DNA from: an uncultured Anaerolineales bacterium
GTDB lineage: Bacteria; Chloroflexota; Anaerolineae; UBA7937
DNA: 64,000 nucleotides
Direction: 5' to 3'
Assembly: GCA_964383935.1 (NCBI GenBank)
Contig: CAYLIE010000006.1
Span: forward strand, 35,377-99,376
Part shown: positions 27,842 through 37,000 of the stretch, piece after piece
How the letters are laid out: the number at the start of each line of letters is the position of its first letter
Position numbering within the stretch: position 1 is the stretch's first letter
Translations under genes and position numbers: made by a program
The notes under the pieces: model-generated
Seen by the model: only the letters and a program-made list of their open reading frames with translations
The model's database searches: none
What the model was told of the DNA's origin: nothing

Positions 27842-28843
27842 ATGAGAAGAGGCCTCCGTTTTTGGCTAGGGGTATTCATCAGCCTTCTCTTCCTCTATTT
27901 CGCCCTCAAAGGACAGCGACTAGACGAGGTAGGAGAGGCCATAAAGGAGGCCAACTATTGGTGGCTCATCCCCGCTGTGGCGGTCTACTTTGTAGCCGTC
28001 ATCTTACGAACCTACCGTTGGCATTTCCTCCTCCGCCCCATAAAGGCTATCCCCCTGAGAGACCTCTTCCCGGTGGTGGTGATAGGGTATATGGGGAACA
28101 ACGTCTTCCCCTTGCGTGCCGGGGAGTTGATCCGGGCCTATGTCCTCAAAAGGAAAGAATCCGTTAGTGCCACGGCCAGTCTAGCCACCATCATCGTGGA
28201 GCGGATCTTCGATGGTATCACCATGCTCATTTTCGTCTTCGCTATCCTGCCCTTAGTCCCGGCCAACGAGGCGCTCCGCCAAATCATCCCCTTCGCTAGC
28301 CTCTTCTTCTTCGGGGCCCTCTTTGTCTTCTTGATCATCGCCTCCTCCCCAGAGAGGTTCAAGCGAACCTACGAATGGTTCATCACCCATCTAATCCCTC
28401 ACCGCTTTCAGGAGCCGGCGCGGGGCTTACTAGATAGATTTATCGAGGGGCTGGAGGTCTTACGCCGTGGGCAGGAGATCCTTCTCGTGCTGGTCATCTC
28501 GGTGCTCCTCTGGCTGGTGGAGTCAGCCAAATACTGGTTCGTCATGCAAGGGTTCCCTTTCCGGACGCCTTTCTACGCCTTGGTTTTCACCACGGCCATA
28601 GTCAATCTGGCTACCTCCATCCCCTCCACGCCTGGATACCTGGGCACCTTCGAGTTGACGGGCATCTGGAGCCTGCGCCTCTTCGGAGTGGCGCAAAAAG
28701 TGGCTACCAGTTTCATCCTCGTCTTACACGCCGCCCTCTGGTTCCCCCCCACCGCCCTGGGCTTCTTCTTCATGTGGCGGGAGAGCCTCACGTGGAGAGA
28801 GTTGCAAGTGATGCCGGTAACGTCTCAGAGTAATCGAGAATAA
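27842..28843 (+). CDS. Flippase-like / lysyl-PG-synthase-TM-region family membrane protein (UPF0104)
   Basis: ~8 TM, N-terminal LRxxLLRPIKAIPL-type block typical of the family. Confidence 0.45.
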   Translation: MRRGLRFWLGVFISLLFLYFALKGQRLDEVGEAIKEANYWWLIPAVAVYFVAVILRTYRWHFLLRPIKAIPLRDLFPVVVIGYMGNNVFPLRAGELIRAYVLKRKESVSATASLATIIVERIFDGITMLIFVFAILPLVPANEALRQIIPFASLFFFGALFVFLIIASSPERFKRTYEWFITHLIPHRFQEPARGLLDRFIEGLEVLRRGQEILLVLVISVLLWLVESAKYWFVMQGFPFRTPFYALVFTTAIVNLATSIPSTPGYLGTFELTGIWSLRLFGVAQKVATSFILVLHAALWFPPTALGFFFMWRESLTWRELQVMPVTSQSNRE

Positions 28844-28878
28844 GTGCCCTCCTGTGATCGTGGCATGAGGAGCAGAGA

Positions 28879-30909
28879 ATGGAAGTAGTGTTAGCAGCAA
28901 TTGCCGTCGTTGTCGGTTTAGGTGCGGGCATCTATGGCTTTATCCAACTATACGAGTGGGTGCAGAAAAGGCGTAAGCCACCCCCGCCTCCCCGTCCCAC
29001 CCCACAACCTCCCCGTCGCCCTGAGCCAAGTTTCATCGACCGCCATGACCGCGAAGGGCGCGACTTGGTGGAGCGGGTGAGCGAGGCGCTGGGTGCCAAT
29101 GGCCTGGTTACCGTTTGGGGTGCTGGCGGTGTGGGGAAGACCACCCTGGCCATCGAGGTAGCCCATAGCCTTTGCCCCTCACCTTACAGCGGTGGTGTGA
29201 TCTGGGACACCGCAGATAAGCATACCGATTTTACGCTGGTCAGTCTGCTGGACACAATCCTTACCGACCTAGGGCGAGAAGACGCCCGTACCTTGGCTCC
29301 CGAGGCCAAGGCTGACCTGGCTGACCGACTCCTGACTGAAGCCATGCCTTGCCTTCTGGGCCTTGACAACTTCGAGACCATCGCTGAGGAGGAGGGAAAA
29401 GTCATCACCGACTTTCTGAACGAACTATCCTGCCCCGTCCTAGTCACCAGCCGGTGGGGTCTTCTCATCGGCCAGAATATCCACGTGGGGCCGATGAGAC
29501 CAGAGGAAGCGGGGCAGTTTTTGACCTACTTAGTGCAACAATCCCCAAATCGCGACAGGCTGGCAACTCTAGACCGGGATCGTCTTGCCCGCGAGGCGGG
29601 GCACAACCCCATGCTCATGCGCTGGATGATTCGCCAGCTGGCCCACGAGATGCCACCAGAGGACGTATATGCCGGCCTAGACCGTGGCAAGGGCAAGGCC
29701 GTAGACCGCATCTTTGGCCGCACCTTCCGCCTTCTGGGCGACGATGGACAGATGGCGCTCCTGGCCTTGGCCCTCTTTGTCCCCACGGCCAGCCGAGAGG
29801 CCCTGGCTGCCGTCTGCGGCTTTGAGGACGGCAAAGACAGGGTGAACGAGGCCATCCGCAGGCTAGCCGCCTTTGACCTGCTGGATACCGCCGTTGAAGG
29901 GCACCGCCTGGGGATAGTGGCCCTCACTCGGCGGCTGACGGAGGCGCAACTGAGGAAAGACGAGCGCACCGAAGGCTTGAAAGAGCGCTTTATCCTCTAC
30001 TTCCTGGCCTACGCCGATGCCCACCCAGAGGTTACCAAAGAAGACCTGGACGCCTTAGATGATGAAAGGGAGAACCTATTGGCAGCCCTGGACTACGCCT
30101 ACGCCGCTGAGCATTGGGAAAGCCTGATAATATTAGCCAATCGGATTTGCGCTCCCGTGACAGGGTTATTGGACGTTCGGGGCTACTGGGATGAGGCCAT
30201 CAAGTCGGGAGAGCGGGTCGCCTCCGCTGCCCGCCAGGCCAACCTCCCGGCCGTGGCGGCTGCTTTTTCCGCCAACGTGGGTATAATCCGCTACCAGCGG
30301 GGCGACTACGCCCAGGCACGAGAGGCTTTCCAAAAGGGACTTCTCTTTTTCCAGCAAGAGGGCGACGAACAAAACGTTGCGGCGGCCCTCCACCAACTCG
30401 GCATGGTCGCCCAACACCAAGGCGATTACCAGGAGGCGAAAGACCTGCTTGAACAAGGCCTGCAAATCGCTAGAAATCTGGGCGACCGGGTGGGCATAGC
30501 CAAATCTCTCGGCCAACTGGGTGTGCTTGCCCAAGATCAAGGCCACTACCAGGAGGCAAAAAACCTATATCGCCAAAGCCTGGAGATACAAAAGCAGCTA
30601 GGCAATCAAGCAGGCGTCGCCTCCTCGCTCCAGAACCTCGGCACCATCGCCCAAGACCAAGGCCACTACCAGGAGGCAAAAAACTTTTATAACCAAAGCC
30701 TGCAAATCGCTAGAAATCTGGGAGCTCAGGATGGAATAGCCTTCTCCCTTGCCCAATTGGGAACGCTCGCTGAAGAGAGCGGTGAGGTGCAGGAATCAGT
30801 CCAATTCTACCGTGAGGCCCTGGCTATCTTCGAGGGAATCGGCTCGCCGGAGGCGGAGAAAGCCCGGCGGAACTTGGCCAGGGTCTCCGGAAAGCAGCCA
30901 AAGGAGTAG
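28879..30909 (+). CDS. Membrane-anchored STAND NTPase: N-terminal TM helix, Pro-rich linker, NB-ARC P-loop, C-terminal TPR array
   Basis: VWGAGGVGKTTLA Walker A, hhhhD Walker B (LLGLDNFE), six or more QGDYQEA/QGHYQEA TPR-like repeats. Confidence 0.65.
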   Translation: MEVVLAAIAVVVGLGAGIYGFIQLYEWVQKRRKPPPPPRPTPQPPRRPEPSFIDRHDREGRDLVERVSEALGANGLVTVWGAGGVGKTTLAIEVAHSLCPSPYSGGVIWDTADKHTDFTLVSLLDTILTDLGREDARTLAPEAKADLADRLLTEAMPCLLGLDNFETIAEEEGKVITDFLNELSCPVLVTSRWGLLIGQNIHVGPMRPEEAGQFLTYLVQQSPNRDRLATLDRDRLAREAGHNPMLMRWMIRQLAHEMPPEDVYAGLDRGKGKAVDRIFGRTFRLLGDDGQMALLALALFVPTASREALAAVCGFEDGKDRVNEAIRRLAAFDLLDTAVEGHRLGIVALTRRLTEAQLRKDERTEGLKERFILYFLAYADAHPEVTKEDLDALDDERENLLAALDYAYAAEHWESLIILANRICAPVTGLLDVRGYWDEAIKSGERVASAARQANLPAVAAAFSANVGIIRYQRGDYAQAREAFQKGLLFFQQEGDEQNVAAALHQLGMVAQHQGDYQEAKDLLEQGLQIARNLGDRVGIAKSLGQLGVLAQDQGHYQEAKNLYRQSLEIQKQLGNQAGVASSLQNLGTIAQDQGHYQEAKNFYNQSLQIARNLGAQDGIAFSLAQLGTLAEESGEVQESVQFYREALAIFEGIGSPEAEKARRNLARVSGKQPKE

Positions 30910-30913
30910 TCCA

Positions 30914-32248
30914 TTGCGCATCGGTATTATCGGCGGGGGCATAACCGGCCTGACCGCCGCTTATGAACTGGCAAAGAGGGGACATGAGGTCTTCCTCTTC
31001 GAGAGCGAGCCGGACCTGGGAGGCCAAGCCGCCACTTTCCCCATCGAAGGGACGCGCCTGGAGAAGTTCTACCACCATATCTTCACCAGCGATAGGGAGA
31101 TGGTAGCCCTCATCGAGGAACTGGGACTGACGGAGGAGATGCGATGGCTCCCCTCCAAGGTAGGCATCTATTACGGAGGCCAGATCTACGACTTCGTTAC
31201 CCCCTTCGACCTTCTCCGCTTCCGCCCCCTGGGCCTCTCCCAACGGTTACGGACGGGGATAGTCACCTTGTACCTGCAACGGTTCGCCGACTGGCGGAAC
31301 CTGGAAAATGTGACCGCCCTGGAATGGGTAAGGCGAAACGTGGGGCAGCAACCGTATGAAGTGATCTTTCGCCCCCTCCTGCGAGGCAAGTTCGGCCAGC
31401 ACGCCGATGAGATAAGCATGGCCTGGCTGTGGAGCAAATTCAAACACCGCGTCGCTTCCCGGGGCCCCGGGATGCAAAGGGAACTCCTGGGTTATATGGA
31501 AGGGTCATTCCAAGCCCTCATCGATAGGCTGGCAGAACGGATTTCCGAACTGGGCGGAGAGATACATCCAGGCAGCCCGGTCAAGAGGGTAATCATCGAA
31601 GGGAAGAGGGTCACAGGATTGAAGATAGAGAGCAGCGAGGGAGAGATTCCGGTTGAGCATCGCTTCCCCCTGGTCCTAGCCACGGTCCCTTCCTTCGTCT
31701 TTCTGGAGATAGCCCCAGACTTGCCTGAAGCGTATGCGGCCCGCCTGCGTCAAGTAGAGTATCTGGGTGCTGTCTGCCTGATTCTCTCGCTGAAGGAGCC
31801 CCTATCCCGCATATACTGGTTGAACATAAGCGATACCGGCTTCCCCTTTGTAGGAGCCATAGAGCAGACCAACTTCATCCCTCCTGAGGTCTACAACGGC
31901 AAACATATCGTTTACCTCACCAACTACCTTTCCCGCCATGACCCCAACTACCATCTCCCCCCCGAAGAGTTGTTGACCACCTATCTTCCCTTCCTGAAGA
32001 AAATAAACCCGGCTTTCAATGAGACGTGCATAGAGGAACTCTGGCTCTTCCGAGCCGACGCTGCCCAGCCCATCATAACCTGTGACTACTCGGAAAGGAT
32101 CTCCCCTCTCTGGACGCCCATCGAAGGGCTCTACCTGGCCAATACCAGCCAAATCTACCCTCAGGACAGGGGGATGAACTACAGCGTTCGGTTGGGCCAG
32201 AGGGCTGCCCAGATCGTGGAAAGGGTTGAAAAGGGGGGAAGCCTGTGA
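30914..32248 (+). CDS. FAD/NAD(P)-binding amine-oxidase/protoporphyrinogen-oxidase-like oxidoreductase (TTG start)
   Basis: IGIIGGGITGLTAAYEL Rossmann motif right after an AAGGAG RBS (30901-30906). The longer ORF from 30749 overlaps the upstream gene. Confidence 0.55.
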   Translation: MRIGIIGGGITGLTAAYELAKRGHEVFLFESEPDLGGQAATFPIEGTRLEKFYHHIFTSDREMVALIEELGLTEEMRWLPSKVGIYYGGQIYDFVTPFDLLRFRPLGLSQRLRTGIVTLYLQRFADWRNLENVTALEWVRRNVGQQPYEVIFRPLLRGKFGQHADEISMAWLWSKFKHRVASRGPGMQRELLGYMEGSFQALIDRLAERISELGGEIHPGSPVKRVIIEGKRVTGLKIESSEGEIPVEHRFPLVLATVPSFVFLEIAPDLPEAYAARLRQVEYLGAVCLILSLKEPLSRIYWLNISDTGFPFVGAIEQTNFIPPEVYNGKHIVYLTNYLSRHDPNYHLPPEELLTTYLPFLKKINPAFNETCIEELWLFRADAAQPIITCDYSERISPLWTPIEGLYLANTSQIYPQDRGMNYSVRLGQRAAQIVERVEKGGSL

Positions 32249-32290
32249 TATGATATCGTTTGCCTATTTCTCTTCAATCGAGGTGTTCCC

Positions 32291-33640
32291 ATGAGAAAGA
32301 TCTGCGTTATCGGCGCTGGATATGTAGGGTTAGTCACTGGAACCTGCTTCGCTGACCTGGGTAACCAAGTCATCTGCGTCGACATCGACGAGGAGAAGAT
32401 CGCCAAACTTAAAGCGGGAACCATCCCCTTTTACGAGCCCGGCCTGGAGGAGATGGTACGACGTAACGCCCAAAGCAGCCGCCTCCGTTTCACCACCTCT
32501 TCTCCCGAGGGGATCAAAGAGGCCGAGTTCGTATTCATCGCCGTGAATACCCCTTCCGGTGCTGAGGGAGAGGCAGACCTCAAATATATCCGCATGGCTG
32601 CGGAGGAGATCGCTAGGGTCATGGACCACCCCCTCATCATCGTCAACAAGAGCACCGTGCCCATCGGTACCGGCGACTGGATGGCCGAGATCGTGGAGGC
32701 GTATGCCGATCCAGAGATCGAAGTCGCCGTCGTTTCCAACCCCGAGTTCCTGCGGGAGGGAGCAGCCATCGGCGATTTCCTCAACCCCGACCGCATCGTC
32801 CTGGGCTCCACCAACCGTGACGCCGCCGAACAAGTAGCCCAACTCTATCTATCTCTGAGGGCTCCCATCATGATCACCGACTTGCGCACCGCGGAGATGA
32901 TCAAGTACGCCTCCAACGCCTATCTGGCCAACCGCATCTCCTTCATCAACGAGATCGCCTCCATCTGCGAGAAACTGGGGGCCGACGTGAAAGAGGTAGC
33001 CATAGGGATGGGGTATGATAAGCGGATCGGCCAGGCCTACCTAGATGCTGGCCTGGGCTGGGGTGGCTCCTGTTTCCCCAAGGATGTGAAAGCCCTCGAG
33101 CATATGGCCTCCATCCATGGCTGTCACCCTCAACTCCTAAGGGCGGTGATGGAGATCAATCGTGATCAAAGGAGACGGATCATACAGACCCTCCGAGAGG
33201 TCGTGGGCACCTTACACGGGAAGAGCATCGGCATATTGGGGCTAGCCTTCAAGCCCAACACCGACGATATGCGGGAGGCCCCCTCAATCGAGGTGATCCA
33301 CCTTTTGACCAATGAGGGAGCGCGCGCAAAAGCCTATGACCCCGTGGCCATGGAGGTGGCAAAGGGGGTTATGCCCGATGTCACCTACTGCTCCGACCCC
33401 TACCAGGTAGCAGAGGGGAGCGACGCTCTTATCGTGGTCACGGAGTGGAACGAGTTCAAACATCTGGATATGGCCCGAATAAAGAAACTGATGAGACAGC
33501 CTATCCTTATCGACGGTCGGAATATATACGACCCCCAGAAGGTAGACAAACTAGGCTTCATCTATCGGGGCGTGGGTCGGGGGTATGAAGGGCCCACCGT
33601 CGTCTCCGAGCTTAGAGAGGCCAAAGAGGCCGCCTCCTGA
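32291..33640 (+). CDS. ugd: Nucleotide-sugar (UDP-glucose) 6-dehydrogenase
   Basis: [15 protein letters not shown] Rossmann motif, GGSCFPKD catalytic Cys motif. Confidence 0.8.
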   Translation: MRKICVIGAGYVGLVTGTCFADLGNQVICVDIDEEKIAKLKAGTIPFYEPGLEEMVRRNAQSSRLRFTTSSPEGIKEAEFVFIAVNTPSGAEGEADLKYIRMAAEEIARVMDHPLIIVNKSTVPIGTGDWMAEIVEAYADPEIEVAVVSNPEFLREGAAIGDFLNPDRIVLGSTNRDAAEQVAQLYLSLRAPIMITDLRTAEMIKYASNAYLANRISFINEIASICEKLGADVKEVAIGMGYDKRIGQAYLDAGLGWGGSCFPKDVKALEHMASIHGCHPQLLRAVMEINRDQRRRIIQTLREVVGTLHGKSIGILGLAFKPNTDDMREAPSIEVIHLLTNEGARAKAYDPVAMEVAKGVMPDVTYCSDPYQVAEGSDALIVVTEWNEFKHLDMARIKKLMRQPILIDGRNIYDPQKVDKLGFIYRGVGRGYEGPTVVSELREAKEAAS

Positions 33641-33650
33641 AGAGGCGACT

Positions 33651-34016
33651 ATGTTATCGGTAGGGGTGGACATAGTAGAGATTGAGCGTATCGCCAAGGC
33701 CTTAGAGCGCTTTGGCGATCGCTTTCTGGAGCGTATCTACACCCAGACCGAAGTCCACCACTGCCAGGGGAGGATAGCGGAACTCGCCGCTCGCTTTGCT
33801 GCCAAGGAAGCGATCTCCAAGGCCCTAGGAACAGGTATATATGGCCTGTCCTGGCAGGAGATGGAGATCCTCCCCGACCCCCTCGGCCAGCCCCAGGTTC
33901 ATCTGCACGACTCCGCCCTAGAGCGCGCTCGTGCTCTGGGGCTAACGGATTTCGCCGTCAGCCTCTCCCATTCGCAAGAGTACGCCCTAGCCCTCGTGGT
34001 GGCCACTGGCAAATAG
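33651..34016 (+). CDS. acpS: Holo-[acyl-carrier-protein] synthase
   Basis: GVDIVEIERI...FAAKEAISKALGTG motifs; ATG at 33651. Confidence 0.8.
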   Translation: MLSVGVDIVEIERIAKALERFGDRFLERIYTQTEVHHCQGRIAELAARFAAKEAISKALGTGIYGLSWQEMEILPDPLGQPQVHLHDSALERARALGLTDFAVSLSHSQEYALALVVATGK

Positions 34017-34049
34017 TCTCCTTTAGGTCAAAAGCGTACTATTTTCCTA

Positions 34050-37000
34050 TTGCCCCGCCTATCTAAGTCTGTTATTCTTAAGGGGATGGAAAGGCTGGGA
34101 GCACAGTACCGAATAGCCCTCCTTCTCGTGGGGCTCATCGTACTCGTTAGTATGGCTGGAGCCTTTCTTCTGCTGCCTGCATCCAGCCCTCTGAGGGGGC
34201 ACCTCTGGAAAGTCGTCCTCGTCCCAGCAACCTATATCCTCGTCCTCTATATGCTCACGCGGCACCCCGGTGTGCGGCGACTTCGCTACCTCGTCTCCAC
34301 CTCCGCGGTCCTCGCCGTCGCCGTTCTCTGCTACGACTTCAGTGAGGATGTTCCCGCGATCCTTCTCCTCTATCTCTTCCCCATCGCCACCGCTGTTCTC
34401 TTCTGGGACACGGCGACGGCCATCTTCACGGCAGTCCTGTCCACCTTGAGCCACACCACAGTGACGGCCCTTACCGCTCCCCTAACGGGCAACCTCGTAT
34501 GGAACCTCGGCCTTGAGGGAATCAGCTTTTTTCTAATGGCGGTCCTGGCTGGAATTGGTGTGGAGAAATGGAGGCTTCGAACTGAGCAACTTTCTGCCCT
34601 CAATGCCACCGCGGAGGCGGCCAGTCGTTCCTTAGATCTGGAGACTTTAGAGCAAGAGGTTTTGCAGACCATCCAGACGACGATGGATGTCGATGTGGGA
34701 GGGGTTGCCCTGATTGATGAGAAGACCCAGATGGTGGTGCCCAGCACCTTTTTCGGAATCTCTCAGGAAGCCATGGATGTCCTTGCCCCCACTCAGAAGG
34801 TGGGGGAGCCTCTCATAGGGTTGGTAGCCAGCACGAGCGAGGCCGTAGTTGTTGAAGACTTACCTAGAGAGGCGAGAAAGGTTAGCCAGGAAGTTGCGGA
34901 TTTGGTGGAGAAAGAGGGGTTGAAAGTCTTCGCTTTCTTGCCCATTAGGTCAAAGGGTAGAATCATCGGTGTCCTGGCTGCGGGGAGGAAGAGCGGCCTC
35001 AAATTCACGCCCTCAGAGGTGGAACTGTTGGCTTCCATCGGCAACCAGATCGGTATAGCCATCGAGAACGCGCGGCTCTATCAAGAGACCAAGCGAAGAC
35101 TGGATGAGATGCTAGCCTTACAGCGAACCTCCTGGGACATCACAGCACAGTTGGACCTTCCACAGCTCCTGCGATCAATCGTCGAGCGGGCTGCTGCCCT
35201 GCTAGGAGTGAAAGGGGGAGGGATATACGTCTATCATCCCGAAGTGGAAGAGCTTGAACTGGCAGTCAGCTACAACCTGGGACGGGATCTCACCGGGACC
35301 AGACTCAAGTTAGGCGAAGGCTTGTCTGGGAAGGTTGCTCAAACTGGAGAGCCTATCATCGTGGAAGACTACCGCTCTTGGGAGGGGAAGTCGGAGAAGT
35401 ACGCCCATAACCATTTCACCTCTGTGCTCGGGGTGCCTCTCAAATGGAAGGGAGAGATCCTCGGGGTACTTAACGCTACGGACGTGGCGAGGGAGGGACA
35501 AAGACCTTTCGATGAAAACGATGTTCGACTCCTGAGCATCTTCGCTGACCAGGCAGCCATCGGCATCGAGAACGCTCGTCTGTATCAGGCAGAACGGGCC
35601 AAACGGGAAGAGGCGGATACCCTGCGTCAGGCAGCCCAAACGCTGAGCGCCACCTTAGACCTACAAGAGGTCTTCAAGTCGATTCTGAGCGAATTGCAAA
35701 AGGTGGTGCCTTATGACAGTGCTTCGGTCCAACTCCTCAAGGGAGATCGCCTGGAGATCATCGGCGGCCACGGTTTTCCCAACCTCGACGAACTGCTCGG
35801 CATCTCCTTCCCCGTGGAGGACGACAACCCCAACCGCCAGGTAATGACCAGCCGAGCCCCCTTCATCGTGGAGGACGTCCCGACCATCTACAGCGCCTTC
35901 CGCGAGGAGCCTCATGCCCAGGCCGGCATCCGAGCCTGGCTAGGGGTACCGCTCTTGTTCGGAGATCGTATGATCGGGATGATCGCCCTAGACAAGAAAG
36001 TACCAGGTTTTTACACCGAGGAACACGCCCGCTTGGCGCTGGCCTTTGCTGCCCAGGCAGCCATCGCCATTGAAAACGCCCGCCTCTATGAGGAGACACA
36101 GAAACGGTTGGCGGAGACCGCACTCCTCCACAAGGCGGCGGAGGTCATCAACTCCACCCTCGATCTGCAAGAGGTGCTTCAGCGTGTGGTGGAGGAACTC
36201 TCTCAGACTTTCGGCTACCACCTAGTGGACATCTACCTCCTAGAGGAAGAGGGCTTGAGGCTCCAAGCCCAAGCGGGCTACGATGGCGAGACTATCATCG
36301 ACTTCATACCCCTAGAACGTGGAGTCATAGGTCGCGTAGCCCGGACTGGACAACCGGCTTTCATCCCCGACGTGACCAAGAACTCCGACTACATCGCTGC
36401 CTATCCCGATATCACCAGCGAAATCTGCGTGCCCATCAAGAGTGGTGAGACCATCCTCGGCATCCTCAACGTAGAGTGCCATAACAAGAGACCCTTGACG
36501 GAAGATGACCTGCAACTCCTGGTTACCCTCAGCAGCCACATCGCCGTAGCCATCGAGAACGCCCGGTTCTATGAGGAAACTAAGCGTCGGATGTCTGAGC
36601 TGGCTGCCTTGCAGGAGGTCAGTCTACAGGTCACCTCCTCCCTCGACCTGGCTAAAGTCCTGGAATCGATTGCCGAAAGCGCCTTGAAGTTAGTGGAGGC
36701 CACAGATGCACATATCTTCTTCTACGATGAAGAAAGGGGAGAATTCAGATTCGGCACCGCTGTGTGGGACAGCAGAGAGAAGGGAGGAGTGGCAGCGACG
36801 CCACGGGAGGACGGTCTCACCGCCACGGTAGCACAGCAGGGGGAACCCCTGGTCATCAACGATGCCGAAACCCATCCTCTATTCACCTCGCAAGAGGCTC
36901 GCGAATGGAAAGTGAAAGCCATAGCCGGCTTCCCCTTGAAGAGGGCCAGAAAGGTTCTCGGCGTCCTCAACGTCGCTTTCCTTGAGCCTCATACCTTTGA

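Noticed and set aside
30749-30913. Extended N-terminus of the FAD oxidoreductase ORF overlapping the STAND gene by 160 bp
   Set aside because: The Rossmann GxGxxG motif begins right after a TTG preceded by an AAGGAG RBS at 30901-30906. The upstream 55 codons are Arg/Ser-rich read-through in another gene's sequence.
33585-33650. Extended start of acpS overlapping the ugd 3' end
   Set aside because: The conserved AcpS N-terminus (GVDIVEI) starts at the ATG at 33651; the upstream extension is Pro/Ser-rich overlap.
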